From: Octopus bimaculoides
Taxonomy: Eukaryota
Assembly (NCBI RefSeq): GCF_001194135.2
Contig: NC_068989.1
Location: forward strand, 32,842,358-32,901,342
Reading direction: 5' to 3'
Length of the DNA stretch: 58,985 bases
The position numbers were made by a program, and so were the translations under genes. The notes under the pieces are model-generated. The model was not told the origin of the DNA and did no database searches. It worked only from the letters and a program-made list of their open reading frames with translations. Shown piece after piece: positions 1-12,639 of the stretch. Position 1 is the first letter of the stretch. Each line of letters begins with the position of its first letter.

Positions 1-285
1 GGCTCCCGTAGGATTTTCGAGCGAGATCGTTGCCAGTGCCCCTGGACTGGCTTGTGCGTGTGGCACATAAAAGACACCATTTCGAGCGTGGCCGTTTTCG
101 TGCGGGTGACACGTAAAAGCACCCACTACACTCTCTGAGTGGTTGGCGTTAGGAAGGGCATCCAGCTGTAGAAACTCTGCCAAATTAGACTGGAGCCTGG
201 TGTTGCCATCCGGTTTCACCAGTCCTCAGTCAAATCATCCAACCCATGCTAGCATGGAAAGCGGACGTTAAACGATGATGATGAT
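1..285 (+). mobile_element. RTE-type LINE 3' terminal module with (GAT)n tail
   Basis: Contains GAGTGGTTGGCGTTAGGAAGGGCATCCAGCTGTAGAAAC...CCAACCCATGCTAGCATGGAAAGCGGACGTTAAACGATGATGATG, the same terminus that follows the RT region of the RTE copy at 25676-29130. Confidence 0.85.
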
Positions 286-291
286 TATGGT

Positions 292-1422
292 ATGATATGC
301 CACAAACTGCGTGTTCTTGACAGAGATGGAAAACTTGAAGAGTGTTTACATAACTTTCTGAAAGATAGAAGTCAGGTAGTGGTGACTAATGGTACCACCT
401 CAAAGGAAACACAAATAGTGAGTGGTGTTCCACAGGGTACTGTCTTAGGACCACTGCTTTTCATAGTGGCTCTCTCAGATATGCTCTCGCCTGCCCGGAT
501 AGCCACCCTTGCTAGCTACATAGACAACATGAAAGTCTCGCAGAAAATATGAAACCCTAGTGATGTTTTGCACCTGCAGCAGGAATTGGACGCAATATAT
601 AGATGAGCTGAGGACAATAATATGCAGTTTAATGCTGGAAAATTCCAAGCCCTGTGCTACCAGCACCCAAAATTGAACAAAAAACATACAGGGTACACAG
701 GTCAAGGGGGGATTACAATCGTAGAACCTAAATCAGTGCATGACCTGGGTATCAACATGAGTGATGTTACCTCTTTGCAAATGCACATTACCAAGATGGC
801 AACAAAGTGCAGATGGCTGGCTGGCTGGATCCTGAGATCCAGAGAGAAGGAAACCATGATGGTCCTCTGGAGGACATTTGTCCTCAGCCGCCTGGACTAC
901 AGCTCCTAACTATGGTCATCTCACCGTGTAAAATTAACAGACAACCTTGAAGCAATCCAGCGAAGCTACACAAAGAAGATCATCTCATTGCAACAGCTCA
1001 GCTACTGAGAAAGGCTGAAACAGCTAAGACTCTACTCCCTAGAGTGAAGGCAGGAGAGATATGCAGTAATTTACATCTGGAAAATCCTGGAAGGAATTGT
1101 ACCAAATTTTGGCATTGAAGGCTATACAAATGCCAGAACAGATTGTCATTGTACAGTGCCAAAGATCCCAACACTGCCATCGTGTTTCAGGACCAGTTAT
1201 TGCAGCAGCCTGAGTTTCAAGGGCCCACAGCTTTTTAATATTCTCCCAAAGAGCTTGAGGGACCTACATAAAGTGGATGTAGGTGTTTTCAAAATAAAAC
1301 TGGATCTCTTCCAGTCAAGAGTTCCAGATGAATCTACCTTGTGGCAAGAGGCACAAATGAGGGCAGTGACATCAAACTCCCTTATTCTCCAAATGCCACA
1401 TATTAGAGGAGGCTCTCAATAA
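292..1422 (+). mobile_element. Degenerate CR1-type LINE, C-terminal part of reverse transcriptase
   Basis: RT motifs GVPQGTVLGPLLF and YIDN (decayed YxDD), then FNAGKFQAL, DLGI, SRLDYSS and GPQLFNILPKSLR; broken by stops and frameshifts. Confidence 0.85.
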
Positions 1423-1770
1423 TAACAGTGTAGCAGAACAGTGGTGCTCCAGCATGGCCACAGCTTAGAGCTGAAATTGATAAAAAGATACACACACACA
1501 CACACACACATAAAATTGTGTATATATAGTTCATAAATGAGAATCAGATATTCTCCACATACATACATGCATTTTTTTAATATTTCATGTATTTAATATA
1601 TTAGGTTGTTTCACATGAAATGTTGCATTTTTAATGACTTGCTATTTCAGTCATTTAAAAACTCAATTGTGTTTACCTTGCATTTAATCTTGACTCTTTT
1701 TCTTTCCCAACAATATTGGTGTACAAAATTTGTACCCACAGACCTTATGAAAATGATAACAACCAAACTA

Positions 1771-2612
1771 TCATCATCATCATCATTGTCGTTTAATGTC
1801 CGCTTTCCATGCTAGCATGGGTTGAACGATTTGACTGAGGACTGGTGAAACCAGATGGCTACACCAGGCTCCAATCTGATTTGGCAGAGTTTCTACAGCT
1901 GGATGCCCTTCCTAATGCCAACCACTCATAGTGTAGTGGGTGCTTTTACGTGCCACCAGCGCGAAGGCCAGTCAGGCGGTACTGGCAACGGCCACGCTCA
2001 AAATGGTGTATTTTATGTGCCACCCGCACAAGAGCCAGTCCAAGGGCACTGGTAACGATCTCGCTTGAAAGTCCTTACTCATGCCACAGGCACAAGTGCC
2101 AGAAAGGCGACGCTGGGCACAGGTGCCATCACAATTTCGCTTTCGCTTGCCCCAATAAATCCTTGCAAGCTGAGTTTCATGTCTAATGAGGGAGACGACG
2201 TTGGCATGGGTGCCAGTTGTCGAATTTAGTTCGATTTCACTTGCCTCAACAGGTCTTCACAAGTGGAGTTTAGTGTCCAATTTAACTCGATTTCAATTTC
2301 ACTTGCCTCAACAGGTCTTCGCAAGTGGAGTTTAGTGTCAAATTTAGCTCGATTTTGATTTCACTTGCCTCAACAGGTCTTCACAAGTGGCCAGTCAGGT
2401 GATACTGGCAACGGCCACGCTCAAAATAGTGTATTTTATGTGCCACCTGCACAAGAGCCAGTCCAGGGGCACTGGCAACGATCTCTCTCGAAAGNNNNNN
2501 NNNNGGCACTGGCAACGATCTCTCTCGAAAGTCCTTACACATGCTGCGGGCACAAGTGCCAGAAAGGCGACGCTGGGCACAGGTGCCTTCACGATTTTGC
2601 TTTCCCCAATAA
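1771..2612 (-). mobile_element. RTE 3' module inserted in the mariner, with internal duplications
   Basis: (CAT)n followed by the reverse complement of the 1-285 module; segment ~1968-2160 recurs at ~2390-2612. Confidence 0.8.
2223..2390. repeat. About three tandem copies of a 56-62 bp unit
   Basis: AATTTAGxTCGATTT(..)CACTTGCCTCAACAGGTCTTCxCAAGTGG begins at 2223, 2279 and 2341. Confidence 0.85.
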
Positions 2613-3396
2613 GTTTGTTCCACATCAACTGAACGAGATTAAAAAGAACAGACCCCTGGAAGTGTGCTCCTTATTGCTCTCTCGACTGGAAAAAGACCAT
2701 TTTTGCATCAAATCATTACTTGTAATGAGAAATGGATACTCTTTGACAACATCAGGAGAACAGGACAGTGATTAGATGCAGGAGAGTCACCTAAACACTA
2801 CCCAAATCCACCATTGCACCCTAAAAAGTTAGTGGTTATTGTATGGTGGTCTTCAAAAGGAGTTATTCATTATGCAACAAGGAAAAACGGTAACAGCAAC
2901 ATTGTATTGCCAGGAAATTGATTGTAAGCACGAGAATTTGAGAAAGAAGCAACCCAGACTAGGGAATAGAGATGGCTCAATTTTGCTCCACAACAATGCA
3001 CGTCCTCACACTCCTCAAGCTACGGTCCAAAAGTTGCAAAACCTGAATTATGAGATTTTGCAACATCCTCCTTATTCCCCTGATAGCTCATCTACTGATC
3101 ATCACTTATTTAAACATTTTGAGCTTTTCATAAGCAATAAAACATTCTTAAATAGAGAAGAGGTAATTGAAACATTCATACAGTTTATCACAGCAAAAGA
3201 TGAATATATGATATAGAGAAATGTTGGGTAAATGTCATAAATGAACATGGATAATACTTTAAATAATCAGTTCTCTAAAACTTCTGAAACATTTTATTGT
3301 TACCTTTCAAATACGACATTTCATGTGAAACAACCTAATACTTTATATATTGTTCTGTCTAACTTGCTTATCTCTACATTTACTTCTAATTGTGTG

Positions 3397-3439
<43 letters not shown>

Positions 3440-3574
3440 ACGCGCATATACAGAGCTTGGTGCAGTATTCTGATTTGCCAGTCCCTGTCAAACCATTCTA
3501 TCCATATCAACATGGAAAATGGAAATTAAATTATGATAATAATGATAATGATTATGATGTTATCAACACAGTCA

Positions 3575-3735
3575 TAATTTAACATCTGTCTTCCATGTTG
3601 GCATGGGTTGGATGGTTTGACAGTAGTTGGTAAGCCAGAGGACTGCACCAAGCTCCACTGTCTGCATTGGCATGGGTTCTATGACTGGATGTCCTTTCTA
3701 ACATCAACCTCTTTACAGTGTGAAATGGGTGCGTT
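3575..3735 (-). mobile_element. Older, diverged RTE 3' module
   Basis: TTTAACATCTGTCTTCCATGTTGGCATGGGTTGGA...GGATGTCCTTTCTAAC resembles the reverse complement of the 1-285 module. Confidence 0.65.
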
Positions 3736-4387
3736 TTACATGCCCTCAGCACCAATGAGGTTACCAAGTAACTTGCAAGACAAAGAAACCTCAACTGCAA
3801 GGGAGAATGATAGTGAGGAAGATAGCTTCATACCAGGTGATGAGAGGTTGGAATATGACAGTGAAAGAAACGTGTGTCTTACTGAAGCAGAGGTACACGT
3901 TTACACCAGTCAGAGTGAGAGTAAGAGGTAGCGAGAAAGATGCTGGTGATGTGCCAGGTGTAACGCTCAAGGTACAAGGGTAAGAATAACAATGGAATGG
4001 TAGAGGATTGCCCGGGGTGTGTAAGCACACAGGTGCAAAAGTGTTAAGAGGAGGGAAAGTGGTGTATGCAGAGTGTGTATATACAGTGGGGGGAAATAAA
4101 TATTCGTACATGACAAAATTCTTTATTTATTTAATTTCTAATGAACATAAATGGGATATACCAATACTATAGTTGCATACACATGCATAAACTAAGAATA
4201 TGCAAAAGAAACTAATAAATTATAGTATCTAATGAATTTATTTCGCCTCTCCTCTAAACCAACATAATGCAAGAATTTTAAACAAAAGAAACAGTGCTAC
4301 CAAAAAGAAACATCCGTAAATGTATGTNNNNNNNNNNNNNNNNNNNNNNNNNNNNNNNNNNNNNNNNNNNNNNNNNNNNNNNNNNNN

Positions 4388-4417
<30 letters not shown>

Positions 4418-4420
<3 letters not shown>

Positions 4421-6020
4421 CATCATCATTGTTGTCATTTAACTTCTGCTTTCCATGCTGGCATTGGTTTGATGGTTTGACTGAGGACTGGCAAGTCAGA
4501 AGGCTGCACCAGGCACCAATCTGATCTGGCAAAGTTTCTACAGCTGGATGCCCTTCCTAATGCCAACCACTCTGAGAGTGTAGTGGGTGCTTTTACGTGC
4601 CACCGGCACGAGGGCCAGTCACACGGTACTGGCAACGACCACACTCAAAAGGTGTTTTTTACATACCACTGGCATAAGCGCCAGTAAGGCGATGCTGGCA
4701 ATGATCATGCTTGAATGGTGCTTTTTACGTGCCACTGGTACGAGTGCCAATCAGGTGGTACTGTCGTCGGCCACGTCAGCAATTTTGATTTCAACAGGTC
4801 TTTGCAAGCAAAGTTTATTGTCCATTGAATGAAGGGTACTCATAAGTGGGCTGGTTATACACCACTGGCAGAGGCCATGGGTTATGGTCTCACTTGGCTT
4901 GCCAGGTCTTCTCAAGCACAGTTTGTCTCCAAAGGTCTTGATCACTAGTCATTGCCTCGGTGAGGCCCAATGTTCGAAAATCGTACTTCACCACCTCATC
5001 CCAGGTCTTCCTGGGTCTACCTCTTCCACAGGTTCCCTCAACTGCTAGGGTGTGACACTTTTTGACACAGCTATCCTCATCCATTCGCAACACATGACCA
5101 TACCAGTGCAGTCATCTCTTTTGCATACCACATCTGATGCTACTTAAGTCGAACTTCTCTCTCAGGGCGCTTACACTCTGTTGTGTTTGCACACTTACAT
5201 TACACATCCAGCGAAGCATACTGGCTTCATTCCTTGCAAGCGTACGCATGTTTCACTGCCATGTAGCATGGCTGTTCGTACACATGCATCATACACTCTA
5301 CCTTTTACTCTGAGCGAGAGGCCCTTTGTCACCAGCAGAAGTAGGAGCTCTCTGAACTTTGCCCAGGCTATTCTTATTCTAGCAGCTACACTTTCAAAGC
5401 ATCGACCCCAACTACTGACTTGGTCCCCTAGGTAACAGAAGCTATCAACTAAGTCTAGTTTTTCTCCCTGGAATGTGACAGAAGCTGTTCTTTGCACATT
5501 TACAGTGTTTATTGCTCCTGGGTCGCTGCCACATACAACAACTATCTTCCTAGTTAGTCATCCTTTGATATTGCACCTCTTATGTGTCCATAGCTCACAC
5601 TGGGTGCATCTTATGGAATTTATACCTTCGCCTTTTCAACAGATCGAGCAGGGCCATGTACCTGAAGGGATTTGTGGTTTGTCTGCCTTCCTACTTATTA
5701 AGACTTTGGTTTTAGCTAAGTTGACTCTAAGGCCCTTCGATTCTAATCCTTGCTTCCACACCTGAAACTTCTCCTCTAGTTCTGATAGTGATTCCGCAAT
5801 TAGTACCAGGTCATCAGCATAGAGGAGCTCCCAGGGGCATCCCGTCTTGAATTCCTCTGTTATTGCCTGGAGGACTGTAATGAATAAGAAGGGGCTGATG
5901 ACTGATCCTTGGTGGACACCTACCCGGAATTTTTCACTGTGCTCGTTGCCAACCCTCACCTTACTGACAGCATCCATTTACATGGCTTGCACAGCTCTTA
6001 CTAACCATTCATCTATCCTT
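4418..6020 (-). mobile_element. RTE LINE 3' part (RT C-terminus plus 3' UTR)
   Basis: GVHQGSVISPFLF, ELLYADDL, RVNLAKTK, FCYLGD, ARIRIAWAKFRELL and GRGRPRKTWDEVV, followed by the 3' module and (CAT)n at 4418. Confidence 0.9.
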
Positions 6021-7915
6021 AGTTCGCTGACGTGGCCGATAACAGTACCACCTGATTGGCACTCATGCCAGTGGAACATTAAAAGCANNNNNNNNNNNNN
6101 NNNNNNNNNNNNNNNNNNNNNNNNNNNNNNNNNNNNNNNNNNNNNNNNNNNNNNNNNNNNNNNNNNNNNNNNNNNNNNNNNNNNNNNATATCTGAAAGGA
6201 TAGTCTTACACTGTTGTACCTTTGAATTACAAATAATACTCATCTGCTATGTTCGGGTGACCCTATAGCTTCCAATAGTACAACTGTATTTGTCTTTGCT
6301 TAGGGAAAATGACTAAATTGTGGGTGTGAAGTGCCCATGAAGGGGTCTTTGTAACTTCTAAGAAGAAGAAATTTTAGAAATATTACTTTATTTGTGTGTA
6401 ATATGTATGGTCAAAATTTCATCAACATCAAAAATATATGAATTTTCATGGGGGTTATGGCCGTTATGCATAGAATATAAAATTTCATAAAGATCCATTC
6501 AGTACTTTTGACGTAGTTTTGGACAAAAAATGAGTAATGTGTGTTTGTGTATATGTGTATAGGTGTATATATGTATAGATATCTCTCTATATATATACAT
6601 CTATATATATCTATATATATATATATACACACATGTATATATATACATGTATATGGATACATTTGTGAAGATATATATATGCATGTATGTATGCCTGTAT
6701 ATATGTGAGGGTATAGTTTCACTGTAGTAGTCTCAGTATGAAAATGAAACCATTAAAGTGAAAGTATCTGTCATTACAGTATGGAAATGTGATTGTTTCA
6801 GTTTTGATACTGAAATAGTTTTCTCTTACTGTCAGTGTTTCCCCTTCCTTTCTTTTTGTATTTGTTGTTGAATCATTTGTAAAGGTTCATAAGAGAAAGT
6901 TTGAGTTGAAAGGATCTGTAAAGGTAGTAGAAAGAGGAAATTAGATTNNNNNNNNNNNNNNNNNNNNNNNNNNNNNNNNNNNNNNNNNNNNNNNNNNNNN
7001 NNNNNNNNNNNNNNNNNNNNNNNNNNNNNNNNNNNNNNNNNNNNNNNNNNNNNNNNNNNNNNNNNNNNNNNNNNNNNNNNNNNNNNNNNNNNNNNNNNNN
7101 NNNNNNNNNNNNNNNNNNNNNNNNNNNNNNNNNNNNNNNNNNNNNNNNNNNNNNNNNNNNNNNNNNNNNNNNNNNNNNNNNNNNNNNNNNNNNNNNNNNN
7201 NNNNNNNNNNNNNNNNNNNNNNNNNNNNNNNNNNNNNNNNNNNNNNNNNNNNNNNNNNNNNNNNNNNNNNNNNNNNNNNNNNNNNNNNNNNNNNNNNNNN
7301 NNNNNNNNNNNNNNNNNNNNNNNNNNNNNNNNNNNNNNNNNNNNNNNNNNNNNNNNNNNNNNNNNNNNNNNNNNNNNNNNNNNNNNNNNNNNNNNNNNNN
7401 NNNNNNNNNNNNNNNNNNNNNNNNNNNNNNNNNNNNNNNNNNNNNNNNNNNNNNNNNNNNNNNNNNNNNNNNNNNNNNNNNNNNNNNNNNNNNNNNNNNN
7501 NNNNNNNNNNNNNNNNNNNNNNNNNNNNNNNNNNNNNNNNNNNNNNNNNNNNNNNNNNNNNNNNNNNNNNNNNNNNNNNNNNNNNNNNNNNNNNNNNNNN
7601 NNNNNNNNNNNNNNNNNNNNNNNNNNNNNNNNNNNNNNNNNNNNNNNNNNNNNNNNNNNNNNNNNNNNNNNNNNNNNNNNNNNNNNNNNNNNNNNNNNNN
7701 NNNNNNNNNNNNNNNNNNNNNNNNNNNNNNNNNNNNNNNNNNNNNNNNNNNNNNNNNNNNNNNNNNNNNNNNNNNNNNNNNNNNNNNNNNNNNNNNNNNN
7801 NNNNNNNNNNNNNNNNNNNNNNNNNNNNNNNNNNNNNNNNNNNNNNNNNNNNNNNNNNNNNNNNNNNNNNNNNNNNNNNNNNNNNNNNNNNNNNNNNNNN
7901 NNNNNNNNNNNNNNN

Positions 7916-8090
7916 CACATATATACAACGGGCTTCTTTCAGTTTCCGTCTACCAAATCCACTCACTAGGCTTTGGTCGACCCGAGGCTATAGTAGAAGA
8001 CACTTGCCCAAGGTGCCATGCAGTGGGACTGAACCTGGAACCATGTGGTTGGTAAGCAAGCTACTTACCACACAGCCACTCCTGCACCTA
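7916..8090 (-). mobile_element. tRNA-derived SINE, 5' half (family A)
   Basis: Minus strand GGTGCAGGAGTGGCTGTGTGGTAAG (A-box-like)...GGTTCAGTCC (B-box-like)...GGCACCTTGGGCAAGTG; same head at ~14040, 24300, 42430 and 49412. Confidence 0.85.
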
Positions 8091-8119
8091 TATATATATA
8101 AATTTGAAATGATCTAATT

Positions 8120-8285
8120 ATAAATCTCACAGAGAGAATTAAGCAGCAGTGTTACGATAAAGCAGTTTTATTCTATCAACTCAATGTGAGAGTCCCAATA
8201 AGGGAATCATACTGCTGCTATTTAGCCCTAGGAAGCTGGACCGCTTCCTGTCGGCCTTGACACATTTCCTGTGTTCTTATATTTG
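8120..8285 (-). mobile_element. Penelope-like terminal repeat fragment
   Basis: Aligns by eye to 12640-12800 (GTCCCAATAAGGGAAT...CCCTAGGxAGCTGGACCGCTTCCT...GGCCTTGACACATTTCCTGTG), the repeat that carries a hammerhead; here it is cut before the ribozyme. Confidence 0.6.
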
Positions 8286-9880
8286 CTCTCCTCCTCCCAT
8301 TCATTCTCCACATTCAGCAGTCTTTCATAATGGCTTCTCCAAGCCTCTTTCTTTTCAGAATCATTAAAAGTAAGTGCACTATCATCCATGCGGACACATT
8401 TCTCTCCTGTGACATCACAATTTTCTCTCACACACTGTCTTGCAATCCAAAATACTTCAGTTCTTTGGTCTTTACATTGATGGACATTGGCAAACTTCTT
8501 TTCTGCTTCGGCCTTGGCTTTGTATACCTGCTGCCCAGCCTCCCTTTTGGCTATCTGGTACAGTTCCCTGCTACCCCCACCCTTCCAGGTTTTTCCAGGC
8601 CTGTTTCTTTGCTCTAATGGCTTTGTCTACCGTACTATTCCACCACCATGTAACTAGGTCTGGAAGAGACTTTGCACCATCCGCAGACTTGGTCTGTGGC
8701 ACTCAGCAAGCTGTCCCATAGGAATTTCCAGCTATTTTCTATGTCCGAAGTCTATAGTTCCTCCTCCCTCTCATCGAATTTCTTGATGAGGATGTCCCTA
8801 AATCTCCGACCATGTGAAGGGTTCTTTAGCTTCCAAATCCTTCTTTTTTGGATTGGTCTGCTTCTTGGTATCCTTCTGGCCTCGAGCCTAAAGTCACTAA
8901 TGATTAGCCTATGCTGGGGGATACATTCTTCACCGGGGAGCGTCTTTGTATTTAAGAGCAACCCTGTGTCCCACTGTCTGGTGAGTATGAAATCAATCTG
9001 GCTAGCAGTCACCTGATTGATATGTTATCAGGCAGCTGTCTGATTTCCTGAAGTTAGTGTTGCAGATTAAAAGGTTACATGCATCACAGAACTCCAGTAG
9101 CCTAATTCCCTCATTGTTTCGGGAACCAATACCATGGCCCCCGTGTACACCAGTGAAGATACTGGATTGCCATCCAACATGCCCATTAGAATCTCCAGCT
9201 ACAAAGATGAGGTCATTGCCATTTGTCTTTGAAGTAGCCTGTAGAAGGGTATCATAAATATGGTCCTTCTGATCATTTGGTAGTCCCGCTTGTGGAGCGT
9301 AGGCAGAGATAATTGTAGCTGTGCTGTTCTGCAGGACTAGCCTGAGCTTAAGCACTCTATCGCATACCCTGACAGCCTCTATGACTTTATCTACCCATTT
9401 CCCCACAAAGAGTATGCCTACACCCCACACTCCATCCATGTTACCTTGCCAGAAGATTTTATAGCTATGTGCCTTGCCTGTGAGGACCCTAGCTGAAGCA
9501 CCTCTCCATCTTACTTCTTGTATGCAGCATACATTGACACATTTCCTTTAAACATCTCTACAATCTCACTAGACCTACCTTTCAGTGTGCCTACATTGAC
9601 TGTGCCAACTCTGAAAACTGGGAAAGAATTTGGGGTGAGGCTTGGAGAGGAGAGATGTTATTCAGTTCGTTTTTTAGGCATGCTTCATCTGTTCTCACTT
9701 CCGACCTAACATCATTCAAACATTCAAGCGTGTTAGGATTAAGACTGTTGCCCCTACTGGAGGTAGGATTAGGTGTTAGAGGCATTGTGAGTATAAGCAT
9801 TATGGTCATCATAAGAGGTGAGGGGTGATTTCAGACAGAGAGATAGGAAGTAAGTTCATCCATACATAGACACAAACACA

Positions 9881-9970
9881 CCCGCACACAGACACGGGGG
9901 AATACACACAAAAATGCCCGCACACAGACACGGGGGAATACACACAAAAATGCCCGCACACAGACACGGG
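9881..9970. repeat. 36-bp tandem repeat, 2.5 copies
   Basis: CCCGCACACAGACACGGGGGAATACACACAAAAATG at 9881 and 9917, with a partial copy at 9953. Confidence 0.9.
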
Positions 9971-10064
9971 AACAATCACCCATATAAAGCCCATTAGTTG
10001 TCGCCTTCACTTGGTATGTGCATGGAAAATTACTGTGTAGTTGTTAGAATATTTCTAGACGGGA

Positions 10065-10395
10065 TGAAACGAAATGAAGGATAATCAGTTAAGTAGGTGG
10101 GCAGCTAACCTAGTTGCATTTTACAGGGAGAGAGTGGGGGTGCAGGTAGTATAGAGAGCAGCACCAGCGAGGAAGTGGGATTGAAAGAAGGGACATCTGG
10201 TAATAGTGGTGAGTGATCGCTAGACAGAATGAAACGAAAGATAGCTGGTAAGTAGGTGGGCTGCTGAGTTAGTTGCATATGTCCCAGGAGAGAGAGAGAG
10301 AGAGGAAGAGTGCAGGTAATATATAGAGAACTGCCCAGTGAGGAGCAGCAGTGGAGTCATGAGACATCAGGTAATGGTGGTGGGAGGAGAGAGAG
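10065..10395. repeat. Diverged ~165-bp tandem duplication, purine-rich
   Basis: GAAACGAAA...TAAGTAGGTGGGC...AGTTGCAT...GTGCAGGTA...GACATCxGGTAAT occurs twice. Confidence 0.6.
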
Positions 10396-10762
10396 GTATC
10401 TGGTGTAGATGGTGAGAAAATCAGGGTAAATTTGAGATATCCGGTATTGGGGGTGGGACAGGGTNNNNNNNNNNNNNNNNNNNNNNNNNNNNNNNNNNNN
10501 NNNNNNNNNNNNNNNNNNNNNNNNNNNNNNNNNNNNNNNNNNNNNNNNNNNNNNNNNNNNNNNNNNNNNNNNNNNNNNNNNNNNNNNNNNNNNNNNNNNN
10601 NNNNNNNNNNNNNNNNNNNNNNNNNNNNNNNNNNNNNNNNNNNNNNNNNNNNNNNNNNNNNNNNNNNNNNNNNNNNNNNNNNNNNNNNNNNNNNNNNNNN
10701 NNNNNNNNNNNNNNNNNNNNNNNNNNNNNNNNNNNNNNNNNNNNNNNNNNNNNNNNNNNNNN

Positions 10763-10809
<47 letters not shown>

Positions 10810-10909
10810 TATATATATATATATAGACATATATTATGTATGTATGTATGTATATATATATATGCATATAATTATATATATATTATATATATATATAGAC
10901 ATATATTAT

Positions 10910-10965
<56 letters not shown>

Positions 10966-10972
10966 TTGTGTG

Positions 10973-11053
<81 letters not shown>

Positions 11054-11147
11054 TTATATAAATAAATAAGGATAAGATCGATATTTAAATACCAATTTTA
11101 TCAGGTGGCCAGCATGGGAATAAAAACCATCAAAGGTAATAATTATT

Positions 11148-11413
11148 AAAAATTATAATTTAGGATATCTAAGAGATACCACCATGCTGGAAATAGCATT
11201 CAAAACTTGACTCTAAAACCACATTAAATGTTCATACAGGAGAGAAAACGAAGAGACAAAATAAACTAGCAAAATTATCCAGTAATTTTTGCTAGTTTAT
11301 TTTGTCTCTTCGTCTTCTCTCCTGTATGAACATTTAATGTGGTTTTAGAGTCAAGTTTTGACTGCTATTTCCAGCGTGGTGGTATCTCTCAGATACCCTA
11401 AATTATAATTTTA
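11148..11413. repeat. Near-perfect palindrome with ~130-bp arms and a 5-nt loop
   Basis: AAAATTATAATTTAGG...CTAGCAAAATTA-TCCAG-TAATTTTTGCTAG...CCTAAAATTATAATTTT. Confidence 0.9.
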
Positions 11414-11855
11414 TATATATATATACATATATATATATAGCAAATAAGAAAACGGAGAAGATATAAAATTGACAGACATCAGCCGGTAAACATTCCAGTA
11501 TGTCTATTTATTCAAATGTATTGGGTGAATTCACACATATGTATGAGTGGTACAGATTAGCGAGAGGGGAAAAGCTGATAACTGCATAAACAAAGGTGTG
11601 AATACATATAAGCATATAGAAGCAATTGAGCAAATTGGCAAAAAACTAAATGGGTGTGCAGATACTTGTTCCTTACAGCTATTTCTGCCAAGAGGTAATT
11701 AAATCTTCCAGATTATCTCCATCTCTTCAGTGTTATGTAGGGATGAGCCAACAAGGCTTGGATAGTAGATGTGCCCCTAGGCTTCTTCAGAGGGTCTAAG
11801 TGGTTGGCTTCAGAATAGCTAAATTGTGTTTATCCTTTTAAATAGAGTAGAGTAA

Positions 11856-11894
<39 letters not shown>

Positions 11895-11986
11895 NNNNNN
11901 NNNNNNNNNNNNNNNNNNNNNNNNNNNNNNNNNNNNNNNNNNNNNNNNNNNNNNNNNNNNNNNNNNAGATAATATATATAGATGTG

Positions 11987-12021
<35 letters not shown>

Positions 12022-12022
12022 T

Positions 12023-12540
12023 AAACATGGAAGAGGATCTGTGATGATCTGGTGGGGTATATCTTGGAAATCTGCCAGCCTAATGGTTTCCCCTCATGTC
12101 AGAATTAATAGTCAAGACTATTTAAGCATTTTATCTGATCAAATTTGTCGTATGGTTTCAGAACTGTTTCCAGCGGGAAACGCAATCTTTCAGGATGATA
12201 ATGCATCAATTCACACAGTTGTTACTGAATTGCGCGAGGAACATTCTAGTGAAGTGGAACATCTTATCAGTTCCCTGATCTCAATATTATTGAACATTAA
12301 TAGTGTATTTTAGAAAAACAAGTAAGGTGTTGATATCCTCTACCATCATCACTATAAGAACTGGAGACTGTTTTAGCTGAAGAATGGACAAAAATTCCTT
12401 TGGAAACAAACAATTCAAACTTTGTACGAGTCCATACCTCATAGAATTCAAGCTGTAATTACTGCCAAAGGTGGTCCTACCCCATATTAAAATAAATTTG
12501 TTTGAAATTTTAAGGTGTTTCCATTATTTTGTCCAACCCC

Positions 12541-12543
<3 letters not shown>
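12023..12543 (+). mobile_element. Tc1-like transposase 3' fragment with probable right TIR
   Basis: KHGRGSVMIWWGIS, YLSIL and FQDDNASIHT motifs; ends TTATTTTGTCCAACCCCTG. Confidence 0.8.
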
Positions 12544-12571
<28 letters not shown>

Positions 12572-12639
12572 GTATGTATATATTAGAAATAATAAATTTC
12601 TAATATATATATGTATATATTAGAAATAATAAATTTCTA

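Larger units (their letters stand above)
1601..3338 (+). mobile_element. Mariner DNA transposon remnant with both TIRs and TA duplication
   Basis: Left TA|TTAGGTTGTTTCACATGAAATGT and its exact 23-nt inverse ending at 3338 followed by TA. Transposase motifs FVPHQL, LLHNNARPH and QHPPYSPD; interrupted by an RTE 3' module. Confidence 0.9.
8285..10460 (-). mobile_element. RTE LINE 5' half (5' UTR, apurinic endonuclease, linker), 3'-truncated
   Basis: APE motifs GVGIL, IISAYAPQ, AGDSNGHVG, GIRLLEFC and QIDFIL...HRLII; nearly identical to 25676-27100. The extent of the 5' UTR beyond ~9990 is uncertain. Confidence 0.9.

Noticed and set aside
2223-2390. CRISPR-like appearance of short tandem units (also 9881-9970 and 18395-18620)
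   Set aside because: Units are contiguous without unique spacers, there are no cas genes, and the context is eukaryotic.
6832-7966. Longest ORFs in the track (341-362 aa)
   Set aside because: They are almost entirely X residues across an N gap; artefacts.
10357-11065. YIYIYI/CVCVCV ORFs (also ~13000, 37200, 41950)
   Set aside because: Translations of (TA)n/(TG)n microsatellites and gaps.
11215-11250. VHTGEK peptide resembling a C2H2 zinc-finger linker
   Set aside because: No Cys/His spacing or open frame around it, and it lies inside a palindrome arm; chance match.
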